DNA of 64,000 nucleotides from Minisyncoccota bacterium (GTDB taxonomy: Bacteria > Patescibacteriota > Minisyncoccia > Phycocordibacterales > UBA1550): NCBI GenBank assembly GCA_023229865.1, contig JALNYL010000003.1, positions 22,109-86,108 on the forward strand, given 5' to 3'. The translations under genes and the position numbers were made by a program. The notes beneath the pieces are model-generated. The model had not been told where the DNA came from, did no database searches, and was given only the letters and a program-made list of their open reading frames with translations. Positions 1-9,282 of the stretch are shown here, piece by piece; position 1 is the first letter of the stretch, and each line of letters begins with the position of its first letter.

Positions 1-67
1 GTTAGAAAAGAAGAACCCTTGTTGCTGTCCTAAATGGTAGCACCCCAACCGACAATACACAATGATG

Positions 68-96
68 TTGCCAGAATCGCAAAAATCTGGTATTAT
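68..96 (+). promoter_or_regulatory. putative sigma70-type promoter for uvrA (TTGCCA-17nt-TGgTATTAT)
   Basis: ttgcca at 68-73, 17-nt spacer, tattat at 91-96 preceded by tgg (extended -10), ~45 nt upstream of the uvrA ATG. Confidence 0.4.
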
Positions 97-143
97 GGGT
101 CGCCTCGGTAGGGTTTCTCAACAAAATTTTAATACAAAAAAAT

Positions 144-2735
144 ATGGCAGAAAAAAACAATTTACGTCCAAGACGCGAATCAGCTGATTCGAAAGCTTTA
201 AGCACTATCACGGTTCGTGGCGCACGCACCCACAATCTCAAGAACATTGACCTTGAGATCCCACGCGACAAGATGATCGTTTTCACGGGACTCTCTGGAT
301 CAGGGAAGTCTTCGCTTGCGTTTGATACTATTTTTGCCGAAGGCCAGCGTCGTTACGTGGAGTCTCTTTCTGCGTATGCGCGTCAGTTTTTGAATCAAAT
401 GCAGAAGCCTGACGTTGATGAGATTACGGGGCTCTCGCCATCTATTTCTATCGACCAAAAGTCTCACTCATCAAATCCTCGTTCGACCGTAGCAACCATG
501 ACTGAGGTATATGACTACTTGCGTGTTCTTTATGCGCGTATCGGCAAGCCACACTGCCTTGTGTGCGGGACAGAAATCAAGCGCCTCGGCACAGAAGAAA
601 TTTTGAATTTCATTATGGACGAAATCAAGGGGCCAGAAGGGAAGAAGGCTGCTTCGGTACGCATCTTTGCACCACTCGTGCGCGGTCGCAAAGGTGAATA
701 TTATCAGATGCTTTATGACCTCCTTGGAAAAGGATTTTTGATGGTGCGCATCGACGGAGCAATGAAAAACTTGCGCGAGAAGATTGAGCTCTCAAAAACA
801 AAGAAACACGAAATCGATGTTCTCGTCGATGAGATTTTGCTTTCTGATTTTAAGGGGAAAGAGAAGGGAAGAGAGCGCCTCGGCGAAGCAGTAGAAAAAG
901 CAATTGATGAGTCACAGAGCCTTGTGCGCATCGTGCTATCAAATGAGAAGGGCGATATCAAGGACTTCATAATGTCCAACCGTTTTGCATGCCCCAACGA
1001 CGGCTTTTCTTATCCAGAAATCGAGCCACGACTTTTCTCATTCAACTCGCCATATGGGGCATGCCCACTCTGTAACGGCCTCGGCACAAAACACTTTTTT
1101 GGGAAAGAAAACTGTCCCGACTGTGAAGGTGCGCGCCTCCGTAAAGAAGCGCTCAATGTTTTTGTGAACGGCAAAAACATTTCGGAAGTAGTAAATATGT
1201 CCATTCAAGATGCCTCGGACTTTTTTGCTGATCTTAAAATTTCCTCACGTGACAAGGATATCTCCGTACCTGTTGTAAAAGAAATTCAAAACCGTATCTC
1301 GTTCATGCTCGAAGTTGGTCTCAACTACCTCACGCTCAGCCGTCGTGCGGGAACACTCTCGGGTGGAGAAGGTCAGCGTATTCGTCTCGCCTCACAACTT
1401 GGCTCACGTCTCGTGGGCGCGCTCTATGTGCTCGACGAACCAACCATCGGACTTCATCAGCGTGACAACGACCGCCTCATCAAGACACTCAAAGAGCTTC
1501 GTGATATCGGCAACACTATCATTGTGGTTGAGCACGACGAAGACACCATTTTTGCTGCAGACTATATGGTGGACATTGGCCCAGGAGCAGGTGTGCACGG
1601 TGGTAACATCGTTGTCTCAGGCGACCTCGATGAGCTCATCACGAATCCAAAGAAATATAAATCACTCACCCTCGACTATCTTCGTGGAGATGTGGCCGTG
1701 GAGGTTCCAAAGCGACGCGATACCGACAAGGGGCACCTTCGTATTAGAAACGGCAACGTCTACAACATCAAACAACTTGATGCGGATATTCCGCTCGGGA
1801 AATTTGTAACCATTACCGGCGTTTCTGGTTCGGGGAAATCGACATTTATGTACGAGCTTATCCATCGCAATCTCCAAGCGCGCCTTGAATTCAAGTACCG
1901 TACTGCTGATATTTTTAACTGTGAAAGTTTTACTGGCACCGAGTACCTCTCGCGTGTGGTCCTCATTGACCAGTCCGCAATCGGTCGCACACCACGCTCA
2001 AACCCTGCGACATATACAGGCGCATTTACCTTCATCCGCGATCTCTTTGCCGAGACGGCAGAAGCGCGACTTCGTGGCTGGGGCCCTGGACGTTTTTCAT
2101 TCAACGTAAAAGGTGGTCGCTGTGAGACTTGCCAGGGTAACGGCACTATCGCCGTTGAAATGCACTTCTTACCAACCGTGTATGTAACCTGTGATGTTTG
2201 TCGCGGAAAGCGCTTCGACAAAGACACCCTTGAAGTAAAATACAAAAAGAAAAATATCTACGAGGTGCTCGAGATGACTGTAGAGGAAGCGACGGATTTC
2301 TTTATCGACATTCCTGCCATCTATGATCGCTTGAAGACGTTGAACGAAGTGGGTCTTAGCTACCTAAAACTCGGACAATCAGCAACCACCCTTTCTGGTG
2401 GCGAGGCGCAGCGTGTGAAGATTTCTTCGGAGCTTTATCGTCCTCACGTGGAAAAAACAATCTATCTTCTCGACGAACCAACGGTTGGACTCCACTACGA
2501 AGATGTACGCAAACTCATTGAGATTTTGCAAAAACTTGTTGATAAGGGGAATAGCGTCATCCTCATTGAACACAATATGGATGTCATCAAGAGTTCGGAC
2601 TATGTGATTGATATCGGACCAGAAGGTGGTGAAGGAGGCGGGCAAATCGTCGCACGAGGGACTCCAGAGCAAATCGCAGGGGCTGCAGGCTCGCACACAG
2701 GAAAGTACTTGAAGAAAGTATTGAAAAAGAAATAG
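144..2735 (+). CDS. uvrA: excinuclease ABC subunit A (UvrA)
   Basis: 863 aa with two ABC ATPase modules ([16 protein letters not shown] Walker A and LSGGE signatures); N-term [18 protein letters not shown] is typical UvrA; Zn-finger Cys pairs present. Confidence 0.95.
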   Translation: MAEKNNLRPRRESADSKALSTITVRGARTHNLKNIDLEIPRDKMIVFTGLSGSGKSSLAFDTIFAEGQRRYVESLSAYARQFLNQMQKPDVDEITGLSPSISIDQKSHSSNPRSTVATMTEVYDYLRVLYARIGKPHCLVCGTEIKRLGTEEILNFIMDEIKGPEGKKAASVRIFAPLVRGRKGEYYQMLYDLLGKGFLMVRIDGAMKNLREKIELSKTKKHEIDVLVDEILLSDFKGKEKGRERLGEAVEKAIDESQSLVRIVLSNEKGDIKDFIMSNRFACPNDGFSYPEIEPRLFSFNSPYGACPLCNGLGTKHFFGKENCPDCEGARLRKEALNVFVNGKNISEVVNMSIQDASDFFADLKISSRDKDISVPVVKEIQNRISFMLEVGLNYLTLSRRAGTLSGGEGQRIRLASQLGSRLVGALYVLDEPTIGLHQRDNDRLIKTLKELRDIGNTIIVVEHDEDTIFAADYMVDIGPGAGVHGGNIVVSGDLDELITNPKKYKSLTLDYLRGDVAVEVPKRRDTDKGHLRIRNGNVYNIKQLDADIPLGKFVTITGVSGSGKSTFMYELIHRNLQARLEFKYRTADIFNCESFTGTEYLSRVVLIDQSAIGRTPRSNPATYTGAFTFIRDLFAETAEARLRGWGPGRFSFNVKGGRCETCQGNGTIAVEMHFLPTVYVTCDVCRGKRFDKDTLEVKYKKKNIYEVLEMTVEEATDFFIDIPAIYDRLKTLNEVGLSYLKLGQSATTLSGGEAQRVKISSELYRPHVEKTIYLLDEPTVGLHYEDVRKLIEILQKLVDKGNSVILIEHNMDVIKSSDYVIDIGPEGGEGGGQIVARGTPEQIAGAAGSHTGKYLKKVLKKK

Positions 2736-2768
2736 ACCCGCGCATGAAGCGAGGGTCTATGGTAAGGA

Positions 2769-3296
2769 TTACACTTCTTCTCCTTCGAGGAACCAGTGTT
2801 CGAGAGTGCGTTTGATTTGCGAATCATCTCTCAACCAGTCTTTTTTGCCTTTATAGAAAACGAAGTTGTTCTTCATGAGAAGAATCGTGAGGAGAGCAAT
2901 ATCTTCTTCTGTGAGCCCTGGAGCGTATTTTTCCTTGAGAAGGATTTGCTCGCGAACGAACTCGTAGACTTTTGGGTACCTGGTACGTGCGACAGCAGCG
3001 TCGCCATACACACTCACCATAACACCCCATGAATGAAGAAGGTATCCTTCAAGCCTCTCTCCAGAAACCCCGCGGAGCTCCATCAGATTGAGATAAGGAC
3101 TATCTGCCCCACGGCGCTCAGGAAGACGGACCAATTCAAAGGTCAGATCCTCTGCGCAAACTGCAAGTATTTTGCTGGTACAAAAGAGGCAGAAGACAGG
3201 AGTATTGCGTGTTATCACGCTTACCACCATCTGATAAATCTCCGGGAAAAGCATGGAGCACGAGACAAGGCGAGTGCTACTCAATTTCAGGTCCAT
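2769..3296 (-). CDS. hypothetical protein (ORF extends to 3467 but would overlap uvrC start; internal Met at 3296 preferred)
   Basis: longest ORF in the uvrA/uvrC gap, convergent with uvrA and divergent from uvrC; no recognisable motifs. Confidence 0.4.
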   Translation of the reverse strand: MDLKLSSTRLVSCSMLFPEIYQMVVSVITRNTPVFCLFCTSKILAVCAEDLTFELVRLPERRGADSPYLNLMELRGVSGERLEGYLLHSWGVMVSVYGDAAVARTRYPKVYEFVREQILLKEKYAPGLTEEDIALLTILLMKNNFVFYKGKKDWLRDDSQIKRTLEHWFLEGEEV

Positions 3297-3351
3297 GGCG
3301 GCCTCCCTAGGTTGATTAAGAACTAAGCTATAATTTACTATATACTTAGTA

Positions 3352-4569
3352 TTGAAGAACTGCAATATGAACAAACTAACATCTAAACTCCCCGACAATC
3401 CTGGCGTATATATCTTCCGCGGACCTAAGCGTGAGATTTTGTACATCGGGAAAGCCACATCTCTCAAGAGCCGCGTCGCGAGCTATTTTCGACGTGACCT
3501 CATTGCCACTCGCGGTCCTATTCTCCTAGGGATGGTTGAGACTGCAAAAAGCGTGGACCATATTGAGACCGATTCCGTCCTTGAAGCGCTCATTCTCGAA
3601 GCGCACCTCATCAAGAAGCACCTTCCGCCATACAATACCAAAGAGAAGGACAATAAGAGTTTTAATTATGTTGTCATCACCAAAGAAGATTTTCCGAGGA
3701 TCATCACGATGCGCGGACGAGAGATAGAAACTGACGCTTCTAATATTAAGTATTCATTTGGTCCATTTCCACAAGGAAGCGTCCTCCGAGAAGCACTCAA
3801 TATTGTTCGCAAGATTTTTCCATTCAGAGACAAGTGCAAACCAAAAGAAGGGAAGCCATGTTTTAATGCGCAGATTGGGCTTTGTCCTGGAGTGTGTGCA
3901 GGGACTATTTCAAAAACAGAATACGCAAAAACAATTCGTCGCATTAAACTTTTTTTTGAAGGGAAGAAGAAAACTCTCATCAGTGGACTTGAGCGTGAGA
4001 TGAAAACAGCAGCAAAGAATTTAAAATTTGAAGAAGCAAACCGCATCAAGAAAATGATTTTTGCACTCAATCATATTCACGATGTGGCTCTCTTAAAAGC
4101 TGGGTTTGAATCCAGAATAAAGAACGACGAGGGATACAGAATTGAAGCCTATGACGTGGCTCATATTTCAGGCACAAACGTTGTCGGCGTAATGGTCGTT
4201 ACGGAAGGTGGTGAGCCCAAGAAGAGCGATTATCGAAAGTTTAAAATCCGCACAAGCAAAAATGACGACAATGCGTCACTCTTTGAAATGCTCGAGCGTC
4301 GCTTTAATCACAGCGAGTGGCCAATGCCGAAGCTCATTGTGGTGGACGGAGGCAAAGCTCAGGTAAACACCGCGGAAAAAGCTCTTAAAGCATGGGGGAT
4401 TGCAATCCCTGTGGTTGGTGTCGTCAAAGACGAGCACCACCGAGCACGCGAAATAATTGGCGACACCAAGTCGCGTACCACACACGAGCGTGCAATCCTC
4501 CTCGCCAACAGCGAAGCGCACCGTTTTGCAATAGGATTCCACAGGCAGCTCCGAGGGAAGATAAGGTAA
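3352..4569 (+). CDS. uvrC: excinuclease ABC subunit C, short form (GIY-YIG + UVR + RNase H-like endonuclease domain; no C-terminal (HhH)2)
   Basis: N-terminal GIY-YIG (GVYIFRG...ILYIGKA), Cys-rich region, UVR motif (LEREMKTAAKNLKFEEANRIKK), AYDVAHISGT endonuclease motif; 405 aa vs ~600 aa canonical. Confidence 0.88.
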   Translation: MKNCNMNKLTSKLPDNPGVYIFRGPKREILYIGKATSLKSRVASYFRRDLIATRGPILLGMVETAKSVDHIETDSVLEALILEAHLIKKHLPPYNTKEKDNKSFNYVVITKEDFPRIITMRGREIETDASNIKYSFGPFPQGSVLREALNIVRKIFPFRDKCKPKEGKPCFNAQIGLCPGVCAGTISKTEYAKTIRRIKLFFEGKKKTLISGLEREMKTAAKNLKFEEANRIKKMIFALNHIHDVALLKAGFESRIKNDEGYRIEAYDVAHISGTNVVGVMVVTEGGEPKKSDYRKFKIRTSKNDDNASLFEMLERRFNHSEWPMPKLIVVDGGKAQVNTAEKALKAWGIAIPVVGVVKDEHHRAREIIGDTKSRTTHERAILLANSEAHRFAIGFHRQLRGKIR

Positions 4570-4575
4570 GAGAAA

Positions 4576-4612
4576 AGAGCCCGATTGTGCTTTGCGCAAT
4601 CGGGCTCTTTTT
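4576..4612. terminator. bidirectional rho-independent terminator between convergent uvrC and yqeY
   Basis: perfect 12-bp stem agagcccgattg/caatcgggctct (4576-4587 / 4597-4608), 9-nt loop, A-run before and T-run after. Confidence 0.7.
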
Positions 4613-4625
4613 CAGTAATTAATTC

Positions 4626-5081
4626 CTAAGCGAAGAGTGCGTCCACTACCGCCTTCACATCACCACCATCCGCCTTACCTGCAAGGTCTTTCATAATAGC
4701 TCCCGTGAGCTGACCTGCCTTTGCTTTGTCGGTTACGCCGAGCTCATCCTTCTTTGCACGAGCAACGACTTCGATTTCCTCACGTGACATGAGAGTAGGG
4801 AGGTACTTTTCGAGAATTGCGAGTTCAGCCTGCTCACCCTCTGCGAGTTCTGGACGTCCGCCGTCAGCAAACTGCTTAATAGAATCCTTGCGCTGATTTG
4901 AAAGACGCTTGATGACCTTGAGGACACCTTCGTCATCGAGGATAGCGTCAGGAGCCTTGCTTGTTGCAACGAGCTCATTAACGAAAGCTGCGACCATTCC
5001 GCGAACCACCGAGAGGCGCACTGCGTCCTTGGCCTTCATTGCTTCTTTGATCTCACCTTTAATTTGTTCGTGTAGGGACAT
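4626..5081 (-). CDS. yqeY: GatB/YqeY domain protein
   Basis: 151 aa matching the YqeY family over its length (MSLHEQIKGEIKEAMKAKD...EYLP...). Confidence 0.88.
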   Translation of the reverse strand: MSLHEQIKGEIKEAMKAKDAVRLSVVRGMVAAFVNELVATSKAPDAILDDEGVLKVIKRLSNQRKDSIKQFADGGRPELAEGEQAELAILEKYLPTLMSREEIEVVARAKKDELGVTDKAKAGQLTGAIMKDLAGKADGGDVKAVVDALFA

Positions 5082-5140
5082 ATTGAAAATATATTAAATT
5101 AATCCACCAAGTATACGCTGTTTTAACACCAATTTCACCA

Positions 5141-5170
5141 TTGACATTGTATTAATATATGTGGTATTAT
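5141..5170 (+). promoter_or_regulatory. putative promoter TTGACA-18-TATTAT upstream of the GGDEF gene
   Basis: ttgaca 5141-5146, tattat 5165-5170; RBS acggaggt before ATG 5214. Confidence 0.4.
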
Positions 5171-5213
5171 TGCTATAGATGTAATTTCGACAATTTCTCT
5201 TTACGGAGGTCTT

Positions 5214-5825
5214 ATGATGAACGGTCAACGCTCCCAAGATCCGGTAGTTCTTTGGGCTATTATCGATGCACAAGCAGCACAAATCATACGTCTCGAAACA
5301 TTGTATCAAGAAGCAAGCAAAGATGAGCTCACTGGGCTCCCGAAGCGCGCAGAACTGATGGAGGCAACAAACAACGCCCTGAGTAAAGGGCATCTGCCGA
5401 CATCGATGATTTTCCTCGATCTCAATGGATTCAAGAATATCAACGACACCATCGGGCATGACGCAGCGGACTCTCTCTTGATCCAATTCGCACAATTCCT
5501 CAGGGAGCAACGCGAAGGATTAGGGGACGCATCGGTTCTGGTCACTATCGCTCGTCTATATCGCGGAGACGAATTTGCCATTCTTTTGACCCACACAGGG
5601 GCAAAAGATGCAATCGAATTCGCTATGGCAATCAAAGAAGCACTGAAGGAACATCCATTTGCTGTAAACGGCGCGAAGATATCGCTTCGTTCAGCGATAG
5701 GGGTATCGACGACCGGCTTAGGCATTTCTACAGTCGGTGAGCTTTTGAACCATGCCGACAAGGCTATGTACCAAGACAAGCAGGAGATGTCGGAAAGAGG
5801 GGAAGTTACTGAGGTGATGAAATAA
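5214..5825 (+). CDS. GGDEF-domain protein with degenerate active-site motif (RGDEF)
   Basis: DELTGLPKR, LDLNGFKNINDTIGHDAADSLL, LYRGDEFAILL and HADKAMYQDKQ GGDEF-fold motifs; A-site reads RGDEF, no RxxD I-site; short N-terminal helix only. Confidence 0.85.
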   Translation: MMNGQRSQDPVVLWAIIDAQAAQIIRLETLYQEASKDELTGLPKRAELMEATNNALSKGHLPTSMIFLDLNGFKNINDTIGHDAADSLLIQFAQFLREQREGLGDASVLVTIARLYRGDEFAILLTHTGAKDAIEFAMAIKEALKEHPFAVNGAKISLRSAIGVSTTGLGISTVGELLNHADKAMYQDKQEMSERGEVTEVMK

Positions 5826-5837
5826 CCACCTCAAGAC

Positions 5838-5869
5838 ACAGGCTACCAGCAATTGGTAGCCTGTTTTTC
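5838..5869 (+). terminator. rho-independent terminator after GGDEF gene
   Basis: stem acaggctacca/tggtagcctgt with 5-nt loop followed by TTTTTCTTTT. Confidence 0.7.
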
Positions 5870-5899
5870 TTTTGCCTACCCCTGTAGTACAATACATAA

Positions 5900-6097
5900 A
5901 TGGAACAAGAAATTTTAAACCGCTTACAAGCCCAAGAAGAGCTTCTTCAAAAGGTCTACGCGTCAACAGAGAAATCTCGCAAATACCTTATGTGGACATT
6001 CTGGGGGACAGTACTCTTTTTTGTTCTTCCTCTCGTCCTCCTCGCAATCGCCATCCCAACACTCCTTTCTTCATTTAGTACACTCTACGGAATCTAA
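5900..6097 (+). CDS. small membrane protein (65 aa), probably co-transcribed with rmuC
   Basis: single hydrophobic helix (VLFFVLPLVLLAIAIPTLL); TACAAT -10-like 11 nt upstream (near-leaderless); 6 nt before rmuC. Confidence 0.45.
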   Translation: MEQEILNRLQAQEELLQKVYASTEKSRKYLMWTFWGTVLFFVLPLVLLAIAIPTLLSSFSTLYGI

Positions 6098-6103
6098 TCA
6101 ACC

Positions 6104-7228
6104 ATGGAACCAATCATTCTTATTTTCATCGGACTCATCGCGGGAGCTCTCGTTGCTTTCGTAATTGTTTCGCTCCTCCGCAAACAAGCCCCTGCGCATG
6201 ACGCACAAAACGACGCACTTCTTCTCATTCAAAACCAAATCGGTAATTTCCAGTCACAACTCAACAAAGAGCTTGGAGATTTTATGAAGACAGTGGACGC
6301 AAAGGTTGGCTCATCAAACAAAGAAATGCAGCAAGCAGTGCATATGCAATTTAGCGAATCACAAAAGCTCATCCGCGAAATCAACGAGCAAGTGGAGCGC
6401 AATCTTTCAAACGTTGCCAAGGAAATGACCGCGGCCAACGAAACATCGAAGCAGGTTCTCGGCATTACTGACCAGCTCCAAAATCTCGAAAAAGTTCTCA
6501 CGCACCAAAAGCAGAGAGGGAACCTCGGGGAGGCAGCTCTCGAGCTCATCCTTTCAAATATCTTGCCACCGACCGCTTACAAACTTCAGCATCAGTTTAA
6601 GAGTGGCGAGACTGTTGACGCTGTCATCATTACCAAAGATGGCATGATCCCCGTTGATGCGAAATTTTCGCTCGACAATTACAACCGTGTTGTAAACGAA
6701 GCTGATCCTGCGCGCAAAGAAGAACTCGAAAAAGATTTTCGCAACGACCTCAAGAAGCGCATCGACGAAACCGCAAAATATGTTCGCCCCGCAGAAGGCA
6801 CACTTCCGTTTGCTTTTATGTTTATTCCTGCAGAAGGAATTTACTATGACCTCCTTATCAACGAAGTCGGTGCCGTAAAGGTAAACACCCGCAGCCTCAT
6901 CGATTATGCTACCAACGAAAAGAAGGTGATTATCGTATCACCGACGACGTTTGCCGCATACCTCCAGTCGGTTCTATACGGCTTCCGCGCGTTCAAAATC
7001 GAAGAATCAGCACAGCTCATCATTGGGCGCGTCGAGGAGCTCAGGAAGCATTTGGTGGCTTATGAGGACTACATGAAGAAACTCGGCAACACTCTCGGAA
7101 CAACGGTAAACCACTACAACGCAGCCTACAAAGAGCTCAAAAAAGTGGACAAAGATATGGTCAAAATCACCGACGGAGCCGCAAGTATCGACCCTCTCCT
7201 CATCGAAAAACCCTTAATTGAGGAGTAA
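6104..7228 (+). CDS. rmuC: DNA recombination protein RmuC
   Basis: N-terminal TM, coiled coil, RmuC core (GNLGEAALELIL...TAYKLQHQFKSGETVDAVIITKDGMIPVDAKF). Confidence 0.88.
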   Translation: MEPIILIFIGLIAGALVAFVIVSLLRKQAPAHDAQNDALLLIQNQIGNFQSQLNKELGDFMKTVDAKVGSSNKEMQQAVHMQFSESQKLIREINEQVERNLSNVAKEMTAANETSKQVLGITDQLQNLEKVLTHQKQRGNLGEAALELILSNILPPTAYKLQHQFKSGETVDAVIITKDGMIPVDAKFSLDNYNRVVNEADPARKEELEKDFRNDLKKRIDETAKYVRPAEGTLPFAFMFIPAEGIYYDLLINEVGAVKVNTRSLIDYATNEKKVIIVSPTTFAAYLQSVLYGFRAFKIEESAQLIIGRVEELRKHLVAYEDYMKKLGNTLGTTVNHYNAAYKELKKVDKDMVKITDGAASIDPLLIEKPLIEE

Positions 7229-7308
7229 AAAGCTCTATTTTTACGATTTTCGTCAAAAAGTCCCTCTACTATTGCATTTTCTTTTGTTTAGTGTAGAATA
7301 CAAGGACT

Positions 7309-7626
7309 ATGAATTTTGCAGTAATACAGACAGGTGGCAAGCAGTATAAAGTAGCAGCTGGCGAGACTCTCCTTATCGAGAAGCTTCCTGGCGAGCCAAA
7401 AGTAGGGGACAAGATCGTTTTTGATCAGGTTCTCCTCGTTAATGACGGCTCAAAAACTCTTATCGGTGCGCCAACCGTAGCAGGGGCAGCAGTTCATGCA
7501 ACCCTCGCAGAGGAAGGAAAGGGAAAGAAAGTTGTCGTTATCCGCTACCGCAACAAGTCACGCTACTTCAAGAAGAACGGCCATCGCCAGCCTTTTATGA
7601 AAGTAACGATCGACGCGATTAAGTAA
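7309..7626 (+). CDS. rplU: 50S ribosomal protein L21
   Basis: MNFAVIQTGGKQYKV... canonical L21; not followed by rpmA here. Confidence 0.95.
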   Translation: MNFAVIQTGGKQYKVAAGETLLIEKLPGEPKVGDKIVFDQVLLVNDGSKTLIGAPTVAGAAVHATLAEEGKGKKVVVIRYRNKSRYFKKNGHRQPFMKVTIDAIK

Positions 7627-7641
7627 CTCTCAAAAAGAAAA

Positions 7642-7664
7642 ACCCGCAGTAATGCGGGTTTTTT
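7642..7664. terminator. bidirectional terminator (rplU on + strand / Cys-rich operon on - strand)
   Basis: stem acccgca/tgcgggt, loop gtaa, flanked by A-run and T-run. Confidence 0.7.
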
Positions 7665-7685
7665 GTTTATCAACTTATTATTGAA

Positions 7686-8003
7686 TCATTCTGTAATCGT
7701 ACTCCCACCCGGACCACGATAGACTGAACTGAAGCCATCGGCCCCGTGTAGTGGGTCAGGATTTTCTTCGGGCGCTTTTGGCCCCACACGGTCGTAGAAT
7801 GCCCTGGCCTTTTCGCTGGTGGGTTCCGATATCGTGCGCAGTGCCGCTTGAGTATCGCCACAGTCTGACCACGCGTGGTGTTTGAGTGGAACCCCACATC
7901 CGTGTGGACATGATGGCTCTTCTTTTGTTTTTCCACGGAGCATCTTCTTAAGTTTCCATATTAAATACGAAACCTGTGAAGCGAGCCATTTAAGACTAAG
8001 CAT
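7686..8003 (-). CDS. small Cys/His-rich protein, paralog C of tandem family (CPHGCGVPL...C)
   Basis: start at Met 8003 has AAAGGAGAATAACC-ATG RBS 4 nt after paralog B stop; motif EEPSCPHGCGVPLKHH...DCG; G/P-rich tail similar to paralog A. Confidence 0.6.
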   Translation of the reverse strand: MLSLKWLASQVSYLIWKLKKMLRGKTKEEPSCPHGCGVPLKHHAWSDCGDTQAALRTISEPTSEKARAFYDRVGPKAPEENPDPLHGADGFSSVYRGPGGSTITE

Positions 8004-8337
8004 GGTTATTCTCCTTTGTTGGGACATTTACCTCAAACCTTATTGAGCATTCGATATTTACCAAGGCGGGGTCGCCATTTTCAAGATGCACATACTTTAC
8101 ACCACGAAGGTGGTCTGTACTCAGGGGCTTACCACAGTACCCACATCCGCAAACTTTTGGTGCTTGTGAATTTTTGTTATCCAGTTCCTTGCCATAAGCC
8201 GACTCGAAGCAGCTGATGTTCATCACGACCATCACACCTTCGATTTCTTTTTCTCGAACTTGGTTCGGGTCATCGTTCAATGGACAGCCACACTTACATC
8301 CGCAGAGTTTTGGTTCCTGAGAATCTTTCTCATCCAT
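7996..8337 (-). CDS. small Cys-rich protein with two CxCxCGxPL...C modules (paralog B)
   Basis: KLCGCKCGCPL...ISCFES and KVCGCGYCGKPL...IECSIRFE repeats; AAGGAGAACGAG-ATG RBS identical to paralog A. Confidence 0.65.
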   Translation of the reverse strand: MDEKDSQEPKLCGCKCGCPLNDDPNQVREKEIEGVMVVMNISCFESAYGKELDNKNSQAPKVCGCGYCGKPLSTDHLRGVKYVHLENGDPALVNIECSIRFEVNVPTKENNHA

Positions 8338-8355
8338 CTCGTTCTCCTTACTGAA

Positions 8356-8598
8356 TCAATCAACTGGTCCACTGTTTTTCGGTCCATGGACACCAGGGCC
8401 ACCGATGGGGTGTTCATCGATAAATTTGCCTATTTTTTCAAAGTAGCAATCCTCGTTGACAAGCACTCGCCTTTCGCCAATCTTCATCCAGTGCGGACCA
8501 AGGGGGTCATTCATTTCAAGCGGCTTCCCGCATCCACAGCCACAAAGCTCCGCAGGTGCTGGTTCCCTGTTCAGAAACTCAGTTACGCTCATTGCCAT
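8356..8598 (-). CDS. small Cys-rich protein (paralog A; ELCGCGCGKPL...DCYFE)
   Basis: 80 aa, strong RBS AAGGAGAACGAG 0 nt before ATG; conserved module shared with B and C; 70 nt downstream of recR on same strand. Confidence 0.65.
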   Translation of the reverse strand: MAMSVTEFLNREPAPAELCGCGCGKPLEMNDPLGPHWMKIGERRVLVNEDCYFEKIGKFIDEHPIGGPGVHGPKNSGPVD

Positions 8599-8668
8599 CT
8601 CGTTCTCCTTTTGGTTTATTTAGGTACAAAAACTTCCTACAAAAAGATTAACACAACAGGGGAGTAAA

Positions 8669-9280
8669 TCAACCTCTATTCTTGAGTGCGTGACGAAGTG
8701 TGTCACCGTCTGAATACTCGAGCTCGGTCCCTGTCGAAAGCCCGCGCCCAAGGGTTGTGATTGTAATACCGAGTTGTTCTGCAATAGGCTTGAGCGCTTT
8801 GATGACATAATCGCGCGTAAAGTCTCCTTCGGGATTTACTGAGAGGGCAAGGATGATTTCCGTGAGGCCATCAGCTGCATCGCCTTCGATACGTGCGAGG
8901 AGTTCATTGATGCGAATCTTTGAAGCAGGGTCTCGCTCGAGGACGGGGATTGTCCCGCCGAGAATAAAATATCTTCCCGCATAGCTTCCACTGCGACGGA
9001 CACTTTCAAAATCAGTGTCTTTCTCTACTACCATAAGTGTCGCACTGTCAGCATCGTCGATACACACAGAGCAAAGTCTGCCTTCGCCCGCGCGAGGGTA
9101 AAAACGATAACACCCCTCACACTGCACAATCTCACGTTTGAGCGCTGCGATTTCACGCGCGAGTGAGTCTACGAAATGCGGATCTTGTGCAAGGAGAAAA
9201 TACACAAAGCGTTTTGCTTGGCGTGTCCCGATCCCGGGAAACTTCATAAATAATTGTGCGAGAGAATCAATTGAACTCAT
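8669..9280 (-). CDS. recR: recombination protein RecR
   Basis: HhH (FPGIGTRQAKRF), C4 zinc finger (CEGC...CSVC), Toprim domain. Confidence 0.95.
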   Translation of the reverse strand: MSSIDSLAQLFMKFPGIGTRQAKRFVYFLLAQDPHFVDSLAREIAALKREIVQCEGCYRFYPRAGEGRLCSVCIDDADSATLMVVEKDTDFESVRRSGSYAGRYFILGGTIPVLERDPASKIRINELLARIEGDAADGLTEIILALSVNPEGDFTRDYVIKALKPIAEQLGITITTLGRGLSTGTELEYSDGDTLRHALKNRG

Positions 9281-9282
9281 TG

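Noticed and set aside
2-286. 94-aa minus-strand ORF at window start
   Set aside because: Overlaps the uvrA promoter and N-terminus; no RBS; low-complexity sequence.
8260-8667. 135-aa + strand ORF across the Cys-rich gene cluster
   Set aside because: No RBS or features; the minus-strand ORFs show repeated conserved protein modules and strong RBSs, so the + ORF is a shadow.
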